NCBI RefSeq assembly: GCF_009914755.1
Contig: NC_060934.1
Source of the DNA: the human T2T-CHM13v2.0 reference genome, Homo sapiens
Direction: 5' to 3' (one strand)
DNA length: 64,000 bases
Position numbers and translations under genes: made by a program. This document shows positions 1 to 14,040 of the stretch, one piece after another (the first letter of the stretch is position 1; every line of letters starts with the position of its first letter). The notes under the pieces are model-generated. The model was given only the letters and a program-made list of their open reading frames with translations. It ran no database searches and was not told the DNA's origin.

Positions 1-699
1 ATGGAATAAACACGAGTGGAATGGAATGGAATGGAATGGAATGGAAAGGAATGGACTGGAATGGAATGGAAAGGAAAGGAATTTAATGCAATGGTGTGTA
101 ATGGAGTCAACCTGAGTGGAATGGAATGGAACGGAATGGAATGGAATGGAATGGAATGAAATGGAATGGAATGGAATGGAATGCAATGGAATGGAGTGGA
201 ACGGAATAAAAAACAGTGGAAGGGAATGCAATGGAATAGAGTGGAATGGAATAAACACCAGTGGAATGGAATGGAAAGGAATGGAATTTACAGGAATGGA
301 TTGGAATGGAATGGAATGGAATGAAAAGGACTAGAATGGAATGGAATGGAATGGAATGAAATGAACCCGATAGGAATGGAATGGAATGCAATGGAATGGA
401 ATGGAATCAACTGGAAAGGAATCAAAGGGAATGGAATGGAATGGAATGGAATGGAATGGAATGGAATGGAAAGGAATGGAATGGAATGAAATGGAATGGA
501 ATAGACTGGAATACAATCAACTCGATTGGAAAGGAATGTAATGGAAAGGAATGGAATGGAAAGGAAAGGAATGGAATGCAATGGTATGGAATGGAGTCAA
601 CCCGAGTGGAATGGAATGCAATGTAATGGAATGAAATAGAATGGAATGGAATGAAATTGAATGGAATGGAATACAATGGAATGGAGTGGAATGGAATAA

Positions 700-3600
700 A
701 CACCAGTGGAATGGAATGCAATGGAATGCAGTGGAATGGAAAGAAATGGAATGGAATGGAATGGAATGGAATGGAATGGAATGGAATAGAATGGAATGGA
801 ATGGAATTAAATCAACCCGATTGGAATGGAATGGAATGCAATGGAATGGAATGGAATCAACTGCAAAGGAACGAAATGGAATGGAATGGAATGAATGGAA
901 TGGAATGGAATGGAATGTAATCCACCCGAGTCGAATGCAATGGAACGGGAAAGAATGGAATGGAATCAACCCGGGTGGAATGGATTGGAATGGAGTAGAA
1001 GGGAATGGAACAGCATGCAATGCAATGGAATCAAGTAGAATGGATTGGAATGGAATCGAACGGAATCAACCTGAGTGGAATGGAATGGAATGGAATGGAA
1101 CGGATACTAATGGAATGGAATGGAAAGGAAACAACCCGAGTGGAATGGAATGCAATGGAATGCAATGGGGAGGAGTGGAATGGAATGGAATGGAATGGAA
1201 TGGAATGGAATTCAATATAATGGAAACAAACCGAGTGGAATGTAATGGAATGGAAAGGACTGCAATGTAATGGAATGGATTGGAATCAACCCGATTCCAA
1301 TGCAAACGAATGGAATGGAATGGAATGGAAGGGAAGGGAATGGAATGGAATGGAAAGGAATGGAATGAACTGGAATGGAATGGGATGGAAGTTAATGGAA
1401 TGGAATGGAATGGAATGGAATGGAATCAACACGAGTGGAGTGGAATGGAATGGAATGGAATGGAATGGCATGTAATAAACACGATTGGAATGGAATGGAA
1501 TGGAATGGAATGGAATGGAATGGAATGGAAAGGAATTGAATAGAATGTAATGGAATCAACACGAGTGGAAAGGAATGGAATGGAAAGGAATGGAATGGAA
1601 AGGAAAGAATGGAATGCAATAGAATGCAATGGTATGGAATGGAGGCAACCCGAGTGGAATGGAATGACATGGAATGGAATGGAATGGAATGGAATGGAAT
1701 GGAATCTACCCAATTGGAATGGAATGGAATGGAATGGAATAGAATGGAATGGAATGGAATGGCATGTAATAAACAGGATTGGAATGGAATGGAATGGAAT
1801 GCAATTTAAAGGAATGGAATAGAATGTAATGGAATCCACTCGAGTGGAAAGGAATGGAATGGAAAGGAATGGAATGGAAAGGAAAGAATGGAATGCAATA
1901 GAATGCAATGGTATGGAATGGAGTCAACCCGAGTGGAATGGAATGGAATGGAATGGAATGAAATGGAATGGAATGGAATGCAATGGAATGGAGTGGAATG
2001 GAATAAACAGCAGTGGAATGGAAGGGAATGGAAGGGAATGGAATGGACAGGAATGGAATGGAATGGAATGGAATGGAGTGCAATGGAATAATCAACAAAG
2101 GAATGGAATGCAATGGAAGAGAGTGGAATGGAATAAACACCAGTGGAATGGAATGGAATGGAATGGAATGGAATGGAATGGAATGGAATGGAATTCAATG
2201 TAATGGAAACAAACCGAGTGGAATGTAATGGAATGGAAAGGACTGGAATGTAATGGAATGGATTGGAATCAACCCGATTCCAATGCAATGGAATGGAATG
2301 GAATGGAATTGAATGGAAGGGAAAGGAATGGAATGGAAAGGAATGGAATGAACTGGAATGGAATGGGATGGAAGTTAATGGAATGGAATGGAATGGAATG
2401 GAATGGAATGGAATCAACCCGAGTGGAGTGGAATGGAATGGAATGGAAATGAATGGAATGGAATGGAATGGAAAGGAATGGAATGGAATGGAATGGAACG
2501 GAACGGAATGGAAAGAACCCGAGTGGAATGGAATGGAATGGAATGGAATGGAATGGAATGGAATGGAACGGAATGGAATCTACCCAATTGGAATGGAATG
2601 GAATGGAATGGAACGGAATGGAATGTACCCAATTGGAATGGAATGGAATGGAATGGAATGGAATGGAATGGCATGTAATAAACACGATTGGAATGGAATG
2701 GAATGGAATGGAATGGAATGGAATGGAATGGAATGGAAAGGAATGGAATAGAATGTAATGGAATCAACTCGAGTGGAAAGGAATGGAATCAACCCGAGTG
2801 GAGTGGAATGGAATGGAATGGTATGGAATGGAGTCAACCCGAGTGGAATGGAATGGAATGGAATGGAATGAAATGGAATGGAATGGAATGCAATGGAAAG
2901 GAGTGGAATGGAATAAACAACAGTGGAATGGAATGGAATAGAAGGGAATGGAATGGAAAGGAATGGAATGGAATTGAATGGAATGGAATGGAATGGAATG
3001 GAAAGGACTAGAATGGAATGGAATGGAATGAAATCAACCCGATTGGAATGGAATGGAATGCAATGGAATTGAATGGAATAAACTGGAAAGGAATCAAAGG
3101 GAATGGAATGGAATGGAATGGAATAGAATGGAATAGTATCAACTCGAGTGGAAAGTAATGGAATGGAAAGGAATGGAATGGAAAGGAAAGGAAAGGAATG
3201 TAATGGAATGCAATGATATGCAATGGAGTCAACCCTAGTGGAATGGAATGGAAAGTAATGGAATGAAATGGAATGGAATGGAATGAAATGGAATGGAATG
3301 GAATGCAATGGAATGGAGTGGAATGGAATAAACACCAGTGGAATAGAATGCAATGGAATGGAGTGGAATGGAATGGAATGGAATCCACCCGAGTTGAATG
3401 CAATGGTATGGGAAGGAATGGAATGGAATCAACCCGGGTGGAATGGATTGGAATGGAGTAGAACGGAATGGAACAGCATGCAGTGCAATGGAATCAAGTA
3501 GAATGGATTGGAATGGAATCGAACGGAATCAACCTGAGTGGAATGGAATGGAATGGAATGGAATGAATGGAATGGAATGGAACGGATACTAATGGAATGG

Positions 3601-6600
3601 AATGGAAAGGAAACAACCCAAGTGGAATGGAATGCAATGGAATGCAATGGAATGGAATAGAATGGAATGGAATGGAATGGAATGGAATGGAATTCAATGT
3701 AATGGAAACAAACCGAGTGGAATGTAATGGAATGCAAAGGACTGGAATGTAATGGAATGGATTGGAATCAACCCGATTACAATGCAATGGAATGGAATGG
3801 AATGGAATTGAATGGAAGGGAATGGAATGGAATGGAAAGGAATGGAATGAACTGGAATGGAATGGAATGGAATGGAAGTTAATGTAATGTAATGGAATGG
3901 AATGGAATGGAATCAACCCCAGTGGAGTGGAATGGAATGGAATGATAAAGAATTGAATGGAATGGAATGGAATGTAACGGAACGGAATGGAAAGAACCCG
4001 AGTGGAATGGAATGGAATGGAATGGAATGGAACGGAATGGAATCTACCCAATTGGAATGGAATGGAATGGAGTGGAACGGAATGGAATGTACCCAATTGG
4101 AATGGAATGGAATGGAATGGATTGGCATGTAATAAACACGATTGGAATGGAATGGAATGGAATGGAAAGGAATGGAATAGAATGTAATGGAATCAAGTCG
4201 AGTGGAAAGGAATGAAAAGGAAAGGAATGGAATGGAAAGGAAAGAATGGAATGCAATAGAATGGAATGGTATGGAATGGAGTCAACCCGAGTGGAATGGA
4301 ATCGTATGGAATGGAATGAAATGGAATGGAATGGAATGCAATGGAATGGAGTGGAATGGAATAAACAGCAGTGGAATGGAATGGAATGGAAGGGAATGGA
4401 ATGGAAAGGAGTGGAATGGAATGGAATGGAATGGAATGGAATGGAATGGACAGGAATGGATTGGAATGGAATGGAATGGAATGTAAAGGACTAGAATGGA
4501 ATGGAATGGAATGAAATCAACCCGATTGGAATGGAATGGAATGCAATGGAATGGAATGGAATAAACTGGAAAGGAATCTAAGGGAACGGAATGGAATGGA
4601 ATGGAATGGAATGGAATGGAATGGAATGGAATAGAATGGAATAGTATCAACTCGAGTGGAAAGGAATGGAATGGAAAGGAATGGAATGGAAAGGAAAGGA
4701 ATAGAATGGAATGGAATGCAATGGTATGGAATGGAGTCTACCCAAGTGGAATGAAATAGAATGTAATGGAATGAAATGGAATGTAATGGAATGAAATGGA
4801 ATGGAATGGAATGAAATGGAATGGAATGGAATGCAATGGAATGGAGTGGAATGGAAAGAAATGGAATGGAATGGAATGGAATGGAATGGAATGGAATGGA
4901 ATGGACAGGAATGGAATGGAATGGAATGGAATGGAATGGAATGGAATGGAATAGAATGGAATGGAATGGAATTAAATCAACCCGATTGGAATGGAATGGA
5001 ATGCAATGGAATGGAATGGAATCAACTGGAAAGGAACGAAATGGAATGGAATGGAATGGAATGGAATGGAATGGAATGGAATCCACCCGAGTCGAATGCA
5101 ATGGAATGGAAAGGAATGGAATGGAATCAACCCGGGTGGAATGGATTGGAATGGAGTAGAACGGAATGGAACAGCATGCAATGCAATGGAATCAACTAGA
5201 ATGGATTGGAATGGAATCGAACGGAATCAACCTGAGTGTAACGGAATGGAATGGAATGGAATAAATGGAATGGAATGGAACGGATACTAATGGAATGGAA
5301 TGGAAAGGAAACAACCCGAGTGGACTGGAATGCAATGGAATGCAATGGAATGGAATAGAATGGAATGGAATGGAATAGAATGGAATTCAATGTAATGGAA
5401 ACAAACCGAGTGGAATGTAATGGAATGGAAAGGACTGGAATGTAATGGAATGGATTGCAATCAACCCGATTCCAATGCAATGGAATGGAATGGAATGGAA
5501 TTGAATGGAAGGGAATGGAATGGAATGCAAAGGAATGGAATGAACTGGAATGGAATGGAATGGAAGCTAATGGAATGGAATGGAATGGAATGGAATGGAA
5601 TCAACCCGAGTGGAGTGGAATGGAATGGAATGGAAATGAATGGAATGGAGTGGAATGGAATGGAACGGAACGGAATGTAATGAACCCGAGTGGAATGGAA
5701 TGGAATTGAATGGAATGGAACGGAATGGAATCTACCCAATTGGAATGGAATGGAATGGAATGGAATGGAACGGAATGGAATGTACCCAATTGGAATGGAA
5801 TGGAATGGAATGGAATGGAATGGAATGGAATGGCATGTAATAAACACGATTTGAATGGAATGGAAAGGAGTGGAATAGAATGTAATAGAATCAACTCGAG
5901 GGGAAAGGATTGGAATGGAAAGGAATGGAATGGAAAGGAAAGAATGGAATGCAATAGAATGCAATGGTATGGAATGGAGTCAACCCGAGTGGAATGGAAT
6001 GGCATGGAATGGAATGAAATGGAATGGAATGCAATGGAATGGAATGGAACGGAATGGAATCTACCCAATTGGAATGGAATGGAATGGAATGGAATGGAAT
6101 GGAATGGAATGGCGTGTAATAAACACGATTGGAATGGAATGGAATGGAATGGAATGGAATGGAATAGAATGGAATGGAATCAACTCGAGTGGAAAGGAAT
6201 GGAATGGAAAGGAATGGAATGGAAAGGAAAGACTGGAATGCAATAGAATGCAATGGTATGGAATGGAGTCAACCCGAGTGGAATGAAATGGAATGGAATG
6301 GAATGGAATGGAATGGAATGGAATGAAATGGAATGAAATGCAATGGAACGGAGTGGAATGGAATAAACAGCAGTGGAATGGAATGGAATGGAAGGGAATG
6401 GAAGGGACAGGAATGGAATGGAATGTAATGGAATGGAATGAAATCAACCAGATTGGAATGGAATGGAATACAATGGAATGCAATTGAATCAACTGGAAAG
6501 GAATGAAATGAATGGAATGGAATGGAATGGAATGGATTGGAATGGAATGGAATGGAATGGAATCAACCAGAGTAGAATGCAATGGAATGCAATGGCATGG
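700..6600 (+). repeat. Locally amplified diverged ~1.5-1.7 kb module with internal ~280-290 bp tandem duplications
   Basis: ATCCACCCGAGT ~920/~3383/~5081, CGGATACTAATGG ~1101/~3583/~5281, GGC(A/G)TGTAATAAACA ~1467/~1761/~2670/~4124/~5832/~6111, TACCCAATTGG ~1707/~2581/~2626/~4045/~4090/~5733/~5783/~6062. Confidence 0.78.
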
Positions 6601-7759
6601 AATCAACCCGAGTGGAATGGAGTGGAATGGATTGGAATGGAATGGAATGGAATGGAATCAACCCGAGTGGAATATAATGTAATGTAATGGAATGGAATGG
6701 AATGAAATCAACCCGATTGGAATGGAATGGAATGCAACGGAATGGAATGGAATCAACTGGAAAGGAATCAACCCCAGAGGAATGGAAGGGAATGGAATCG
6801 ATTATAACTGAATGGAATGGAATCAATCCGGGTGGAATGGAATGGAATGGAATGGATTATAATGGAATTGAATGGAATGGAATGCAATTCAATGTAATGC
6901 AAACAAACTGAGTCGAATGTAATGGAATGGAAAGGACTGGAATGTAATGGAATAGATTGGAATCAACCCGATTCCAATGCAACTGGATGTAATGTAATGT
7001 AATGTAATGTAATGGAATGGAATGGAATGGAATGGAATGGAACGGAAAGGAATGGAATGAACTGGAATGGAATGGAATGGAATGGAATTTAATGGAATGG
7101 AATGGAATGCAATGGAATCAACCCGAGTGGAGTGGAATGGAATGGAATGGAAATGAATGGAATGGAATGGAATGGAATGGAAACTAATGGAATGGAATGC
7201 AAACAACCCGAGTGGAATGGAATGCAATGGAATGGAATGGAATGGAATGGAATGGAATTCAACGGAATGGAAACACCCCGAGTGAAATGGCATGGAATGG
7301 AAAGGACTTGAATGTAATGGAATGGATTGGAATCAACCCGATTAGAAAGCAATGGAATGGAATGGAATGGAAAGGAATGGAAGGGAATGGAATGGAATGG
7401 AAAGGAAAGGAATGGAATGGATGGGATTGGAATGGAATGGAATGGATTAGAATGGAATGGAATGGAATGAAATCAACCCGATTGGAATGGAATGGAATGC
7501 AATGTAATGGAATGTAATCAACTGGAAAGGATTGAAATGGAATGGAATGGAATGGAATGGAAGGGAATGGAATGCAATGGAATGGAAAGGAATGGAATGG
7601 AGTCGAATCAACTGGAATGGAATGGAATGGAATGGAAGCAACAAGAAGTGGCATGGAATGGAATGGATTGGAATGGAATCGAATCAACTGGAATGCTATG
7701 GAATGAAATCAAGCCGAGTGGAATGGAATGGAATGCAATGGAATGGAATGGAATCAACC

Positions 7760-10700
7760 CGAGTGGAGTGGAATAAAATGGAATGGAATGGAATGGACTC
7801 AACCCGAGTGGAACGGAATGGAATGGGATGGAATGGAATTGAATGGAATGGAATGGAATGGAATGGAATGGAATTAACCCGAGTGGAATGAATGGAAAGG
7901 AATGGAATGGAATCGAATGGAATGGAATGGAATGGAGTGAAATGGAATTGAATGGAATCAACAAGATTGGAATGGAATGAATGTAATGGAATGGAATAGA
8001 AAGTAATGGAACGGAATGGAATGGAATCAACCCGAATGGAAGGGAATGGAATTGAATGGAATGGAATGGATTGGAATCCACCCATGTGGAATGGAATGGA
8101 ATGGAATGGAATGGAATGGAATGGAATGGAATGTAATAGAATGTAAAGGAATGGAATGGAAAGGAATGGAATGGAATGGAATGGAATGGAATGGAATGGA
8201 ATGCAATTTAATTAAATGGAATGGAATCAACCAGAGTGGAATGGACTGGAATGGATTGGAATGGAAAGGAATGGAGTGGAATCAACCCGAGTGAAATGGA
8301 ATGGAATGGGATGGAATGGAATGGAATGGAAAGGACGGGAATCAACCCGAGTGGAATGGAATGGAATGGAATGGATTCAACACAAGTGGAATGGAATGGA
8401 ATGGAATGCAATGGAATGGAATGGAATGGAATCAACCCAAGCGGAATGGACTGGAATGGAATGGAATACAATGGAATGGAATGGAATGGAATGGAATGGA
8501 ATGGAATCAGCTGCAGTGGAATGGAATGGAATGGGATGGAATGGAATGGACAGGAATAGAATGGAATGGAATATAACGGAGTGGAATCAACACGAGTGGA
8601 ATGGAATGGAATCAAATTGAATGGAATGGAAGGAAAGGAATGCAATGGAATGGAATCAACCTCAGTGGAACAGAAAGGAATGTAATGAAATGGAATGGAA
8701 TAGAATGGAATGGAATGCAATGGAATGGAATGGAATGGAGTGGAATGGAATGGGTTGGAATGGGATGGAATCAACCCGAGTGGAACGGACTGGAATGGAG
8801 TGGAATGGAATGGAACGGCATGGAATGATATGGAATCAAATAGAATGGAATGGAATGGGATGGATTGGAATGGAATCGAACGGAATCAACCTGAGTGGAA
8901 TGGAATGGAATGGAAAGGAATGGAATGAATGGAAAGGAATGGAATGGAAACTAATGGAATGGAATGGAAAGGAAACAACCCGAGTGGAACGGAATGCAAT
9001 GGAATGCAATGGAATGGAATTGAATTCAATGTAATGGAAACAAACCGAGTGGAATGTAATGTAATGGAAAGGACTGGAATGTAATGGAATGGATTGGAAT
9101 CAACCCGATTGCAATGCAATGGAATGGAATGGAAAGGAATGGAATGGAACGGAATGGAATGGAATGGAATGGAACGGAATGGAGTGGAATGGAAGGGAAT
9201 GGAATGGAATGGAAAGGAATGGAAGGGAATGGAATTGAATGGAAAGGAATGGAATGAACTGGAATGGAATGGAATGCAATTTAATGGAATGGAATGGAAT
9301 CAACCTGAGTGGAGTGGAATGGAATGGAATGGAAATGAATGGAATGGAATGGAATGGAATGGAAACTAATGGAATGGAATGCAAACAACCCGAGTGGAAT
9401 GGAATGCAATGGAATGGAATGGAAAGGAATGGAATGGAATGGAATGGAATGGAATGGAATTCAACAGAATGGAAACACCCCGAGTGAAATGGCATGGAAT
9501 GGAAAGGACTTGAATGTAATGGAATGGATTGGAATCAACCCGATTAGAAAGCAATGGAATGGAATGGAATGGAATGGAATGGAAGGGAATGGAATGGAAT
9601 GGAATGGAATGGAAAGGAATGGAATGGAATGGAAGGGATTGGAATGGAATGGATTGGATTAGAATGGAATGGAATGGAATGAAATCAACCCGATTGGAAT
9701 GGAATGGAATGCAATGTAATGGAATGGAATCAACTGGAAAGGATTGAAATGGAATGGAATGGAATGGAACGGAATCAACCCGAGTGGAATGCAATGGAAT
9801 GGAATGGAATGGAATGAAATGAAATCAACCCGGGTGGAATGGATTGGAATGGAGTGGAATGGAATGGAATGGCATGGAATGCAATGGAATCAACTGCAAT
9901 GGTATGGAATGGAATGGAATGGAATGGAATCAAACGGAATCAACCTGAGTGGAATGGAAAGGAATGGAATGGAATGAATGGAATGGAAACTAATGGAATG
10001 GAATGGAAAGGAAACAACCCGAGTGGAATAGAAAGCAATGGAATGCAATGGAATGGAATGCAATAGAATGGAATTTGATATAATGGAAAAAAAAACGACT
10101 GGAATGCAATGGAATGGAAAGGACTGCGATGTAATGGAATGGATCAGAATCAACCCGATTCCAATGCAACGGAATTGAATGGAATGGAAACGAATGGAAT
10201 GAACTGGAATGGAACGGAATGGAATGGAAATGAATGGAATGGAATGGAATGGAATGGAACGGAATGCAATGGAATGGAACAGAATGGAATGAACTCGAGT
10301 GGAATGGAATGGAATGGAATGGAATGGAAAGGAATGGAATAGAATGGAATGGAATGGAATGGAATGAACACGAGTGGAATGGAAAGGAATGGAATGGATT
10401 GGAATGGAATGGAATGGAATCAAACTGAGTGGAATAGAATGGAATGGAATGGAGTGGAATGGAATGGAATGGGACGGAATGGAATGGAATGGCATGGAAT
10501 AGAATGGAACGGAACGGAAAGGAACGGAATGGAATGGAATGGAATGGTATCAACCTGAATGAAATGGAATGAAATGGAATGGAATCAACCAGAGTGGAAT
10601 GCAACGGAATGGAATGGAATGGAATGGAATGGAATGAAATCAACCCGAGTGGAATGGATAGGAATAGAGAGGAATTGAATGGAACGGCATGGAATGCAAT

Positions 10701-13700
10701 GGAATCAACTAGAATGGAATGTAATATAATGGAATGGAACGGAATGGAATAGAATCAACCCGAGTGAAATGGAATGGAAGGGAATGGAATGGAAAGGAAT
10801 GGAAAGCAATGGATTGGAATCAAACAAATGGAATGGAATGGAATGGAATGGAAAGGAAGAGAATGGAATCAATTCGAGTGCAATGTAATGGTATAGAATG
10901 AAATGGAATGGAATGGAATGGAATCAACCAGAGTGCAATGGAATGGAAAGAAATTGAAATGAATGGAATGGAATGGAATGGAATGGAATGGAATGGAACG
11001 GCATGGAATGGAATGGAATGGAGTGGAATCAACCCGAGTGGAATGGAATGGAATGGAATCTAACGGCATGTAATGGAATGGAATGGACTGAAATCAACCT
11101 GAGTGGAATGGAATGGAATGGAATCCACTGGAATGCAATGGAATGGAATGGAATCAACCCGAGTGGAATGAAATGGAATGGAATGGAGTGGAAAGGAATA
11201 CAATGGAATGGAATGGAATGGAATGGAATGGAATGGAATGGAATGGAATGGAATGGAATCAACACGAGTGGAATGGAATGGAATGGAATGGACTGGAATA
11301 AACACGAGTGGAATGGAAAGGAATGGAATGGAATGGAATAGAATGGAATGGAATCAACTCGAGTGGAAAAGAATGGAATGGAAAGCAATGGAATGGAAAG
11401 GAAAGTAATGGAATGCACTGGAATGCAAAGGTATGGAATTGAGTCAACCAGAGTGGAGTGGAAAAGAATGAAATGGAATGGAATGGAATGCAATGGAATG
11501 GAGTGGAATGGAATAAACACCAGTGGAATGGAATGGAATGGAATGGAATGGAATGGACAGGATTGGAATGGAATGGAACGGAATGCTATGGAATGGAATG
11601 GAATCAACTGGAAAGGAATGAAATGGAATGGAATGGAATGGAATGGAATGGAATCAACACGAGTGGAATGCAATGGAATGGAATGGAATGGAATGGAATG
11701 GAATAAAATCAACCCGAGTGGAATGCATAGGAATAGAGTGGAATGGAAAGGAAAGGCATGGAATGCAATGGAATCAACACGAATGGAATGGAATGGAATG
11801 GAATAGAATCAACACGAGTGCAATGGGATGGAATGGAATGGAATGGAATGGAATGGAATAAACACGAATGGAATGGAAGGGAATGGAATGCAATGGAAAG
11901 GAATGGAATGACCTGGAGTGGAATGGAATGGAATGGAATTTAATGGAATGGAATGGAATGGAATCAACCTGAGTTGAGTGGAATGGAATGGAATGGAAAT
12001 GCATGGAATGGAATGGAATGGAATGGAACGGAACGGAATGCAATGAACCCGAGTGAAATGGAATGGAATGGAATGGTATGGAATCATCCCGAGTGGAATG
12101 GAATGGAATAGAATGGAATAAACACGAGTGGAATGGAATGGAATGGAATGGAATGAAATGGAATGGAAAGGAATGGACTAGAATGGAATGGAAATGAAAG
12201 GAATTTAATGCAATGGTATGGAATGGAGTCAACCCGAGTGGAATGGAATGGAATGGAATGGAATGAAATGGAATGGAATTGAATGCAATGGAATGGAGTG
12301 GAATGGAATAAACACCAGTGGACTGGAATGGAACGGAATGGAATGGAATGGAAAGGACTAGAATGGCATGGAATGGAATGAAATCAACCCGCTTGGAATG
12401 GAATGGAATGCAATGGAATGGAATGGAATAGAATCAACTCGAGTGGAAAGGAATGGAATGGAAAGGAATGGAATGGAAAGGAAAGGAATGGAATGCAATG
12501 GAATGCAATGGTATGGAATGGAGTCAACCCGAGTGGAATGGAATGGAATGTAACGGAATGTAATGGAATGAAATGGAATGGAATGGAATGCAATGGAATG
12601 GAGTGGAATGGAATAAACACCAGTGGAATGGAATGCAATGGAATGGAGTGGAATGGAAAGAAATGGAATGGAATGGAATGGAATGGAATGGAATGGACAG
12701 GAAAGGAAAGGAATGGAATGGAATGGAATGGAATGGACTAGAATGGAATTGAATGGAATTAAATCAACCCTATTAGAATGGAATGGAATGCAATGGAATG
12801 GAATGGAATCAACTGGAAAGGAACAAAATGGAATGGAATGGAATGGAATGGAATGGAATGGAATGGAATGGAATGGAATCCACCCGAGTCGAATGCAATG
12901 GAATGGAATGGAATAAACCGGGGTGGAATGGATTGGATTGGAGTAGAACGGAATGAAACGGCATGTAGTGCAATGGAATCAACTATAATGGAATGGAATG
13001 GAATCGAACGGAATCAACCTGAGTGGAATGGAATGGAATGGAATGGAATGAATGGAATGGAATGGAACGGATACTAATGGAATGGAATGGAAAGGAAACA
13101 ACCCGAGTGGAATGGAATGCAATGGAATGCAATGGAATGGAATAGAATGGAATGGAATGGAATGGAATGGAATGGAATGGAATTCAATGTAATGGAAACA
13201 AACCGAGTGGAATGTAATGGAATGGAAAGGAATGGAATGTAATGGAATGGATTGGAATCAACCCGATTCCAATGCAATGCAATGGAATGGAATGGAATGG
13301 ATGTTCATGGAATGGAATGGAATGGAATGGAATGGAATGGAATGGAATCAACCCGAGTGGAGAGGAATGGAATGGAATGGAAATGAATGGAATGGAATGG
13401 AATGGAATGGAATGGCATGGAATGGAACGGAACGGAACGGAAAGAACCCGAGTGGAATGGAATGGAATGGAATGGAATGGAACGGAATGGAATGTACCCA
13501 ATTGGAATGGAATGGAATGGAATGGAAAGGCATGTAATAAACACGATTGGAATGGAATGGAATGGAATGGAATGGAAAGGAATGGAATAAAATGTAATGG
13601 AATCAACTCGAGTGGAAAGGAATGGAATGGAAAGGAATGAAATGGAAAGGAAATAATGGAATGCAATGGAATGCAATAGTATGGAATGGAGTCAACCCGA

Positions 13701-14040
13701 GTGGAATGGAATGGAATGGAATGGAATGAAATGGAATGGCATGGAATGCAATGGAATGGAGTGGAATGGAATAAACAGCAGTGGAATAGAATGGAATGGA
13801 AGGGTATGGAATGGACAGGAATGGAATGGAATGGAATGGAATGGACTAGATTGGAACGGAATGGAATGAAATCAACCAGATTGGAATGGAATGGAATACA
13901 GTAGAATGGAATGGAATCAATTGGAAAGGAATGAAATGAATGGAATGGAATGGAATGGAATGGATTGGAATGGAATAGAATGGAATGGAATCAACCCGAG
14001 TAGAATGCAATGGAATGCAAAGGAATGGAATCAACCCGAG
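7760..14040 (+). repeat. Older ~6.3 kb paralog of 19530-28090 and 31340-39890, lacking the internal 2.2 kb duplication
   Basis: Shares GAATAAAATGG...GGACTCAACCCGAG (~7771/~19541/~31349), TTAATTAA (8208), CAGCTGCAG (8508) and GGATGTTCATGG (~13299). ORF 8621..9034 has the same translation as 20371..20784. The offset jumps from ~11.75 kb to ~14.0 kb across the block. Confidence 0.88.

Noticed and set aside
8206-8217. 12 bp palindrome ATTTAATTAAAT (also ~19966, ~31763) and frequent ACTCGAGT palindromes as regulatory or recombination sites
   Set aside because: They derive by a few substitutions from in-phase pentamers or the decamer, and recur only because the surrounding block was duplicated. 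They are useful as restriction markers only.
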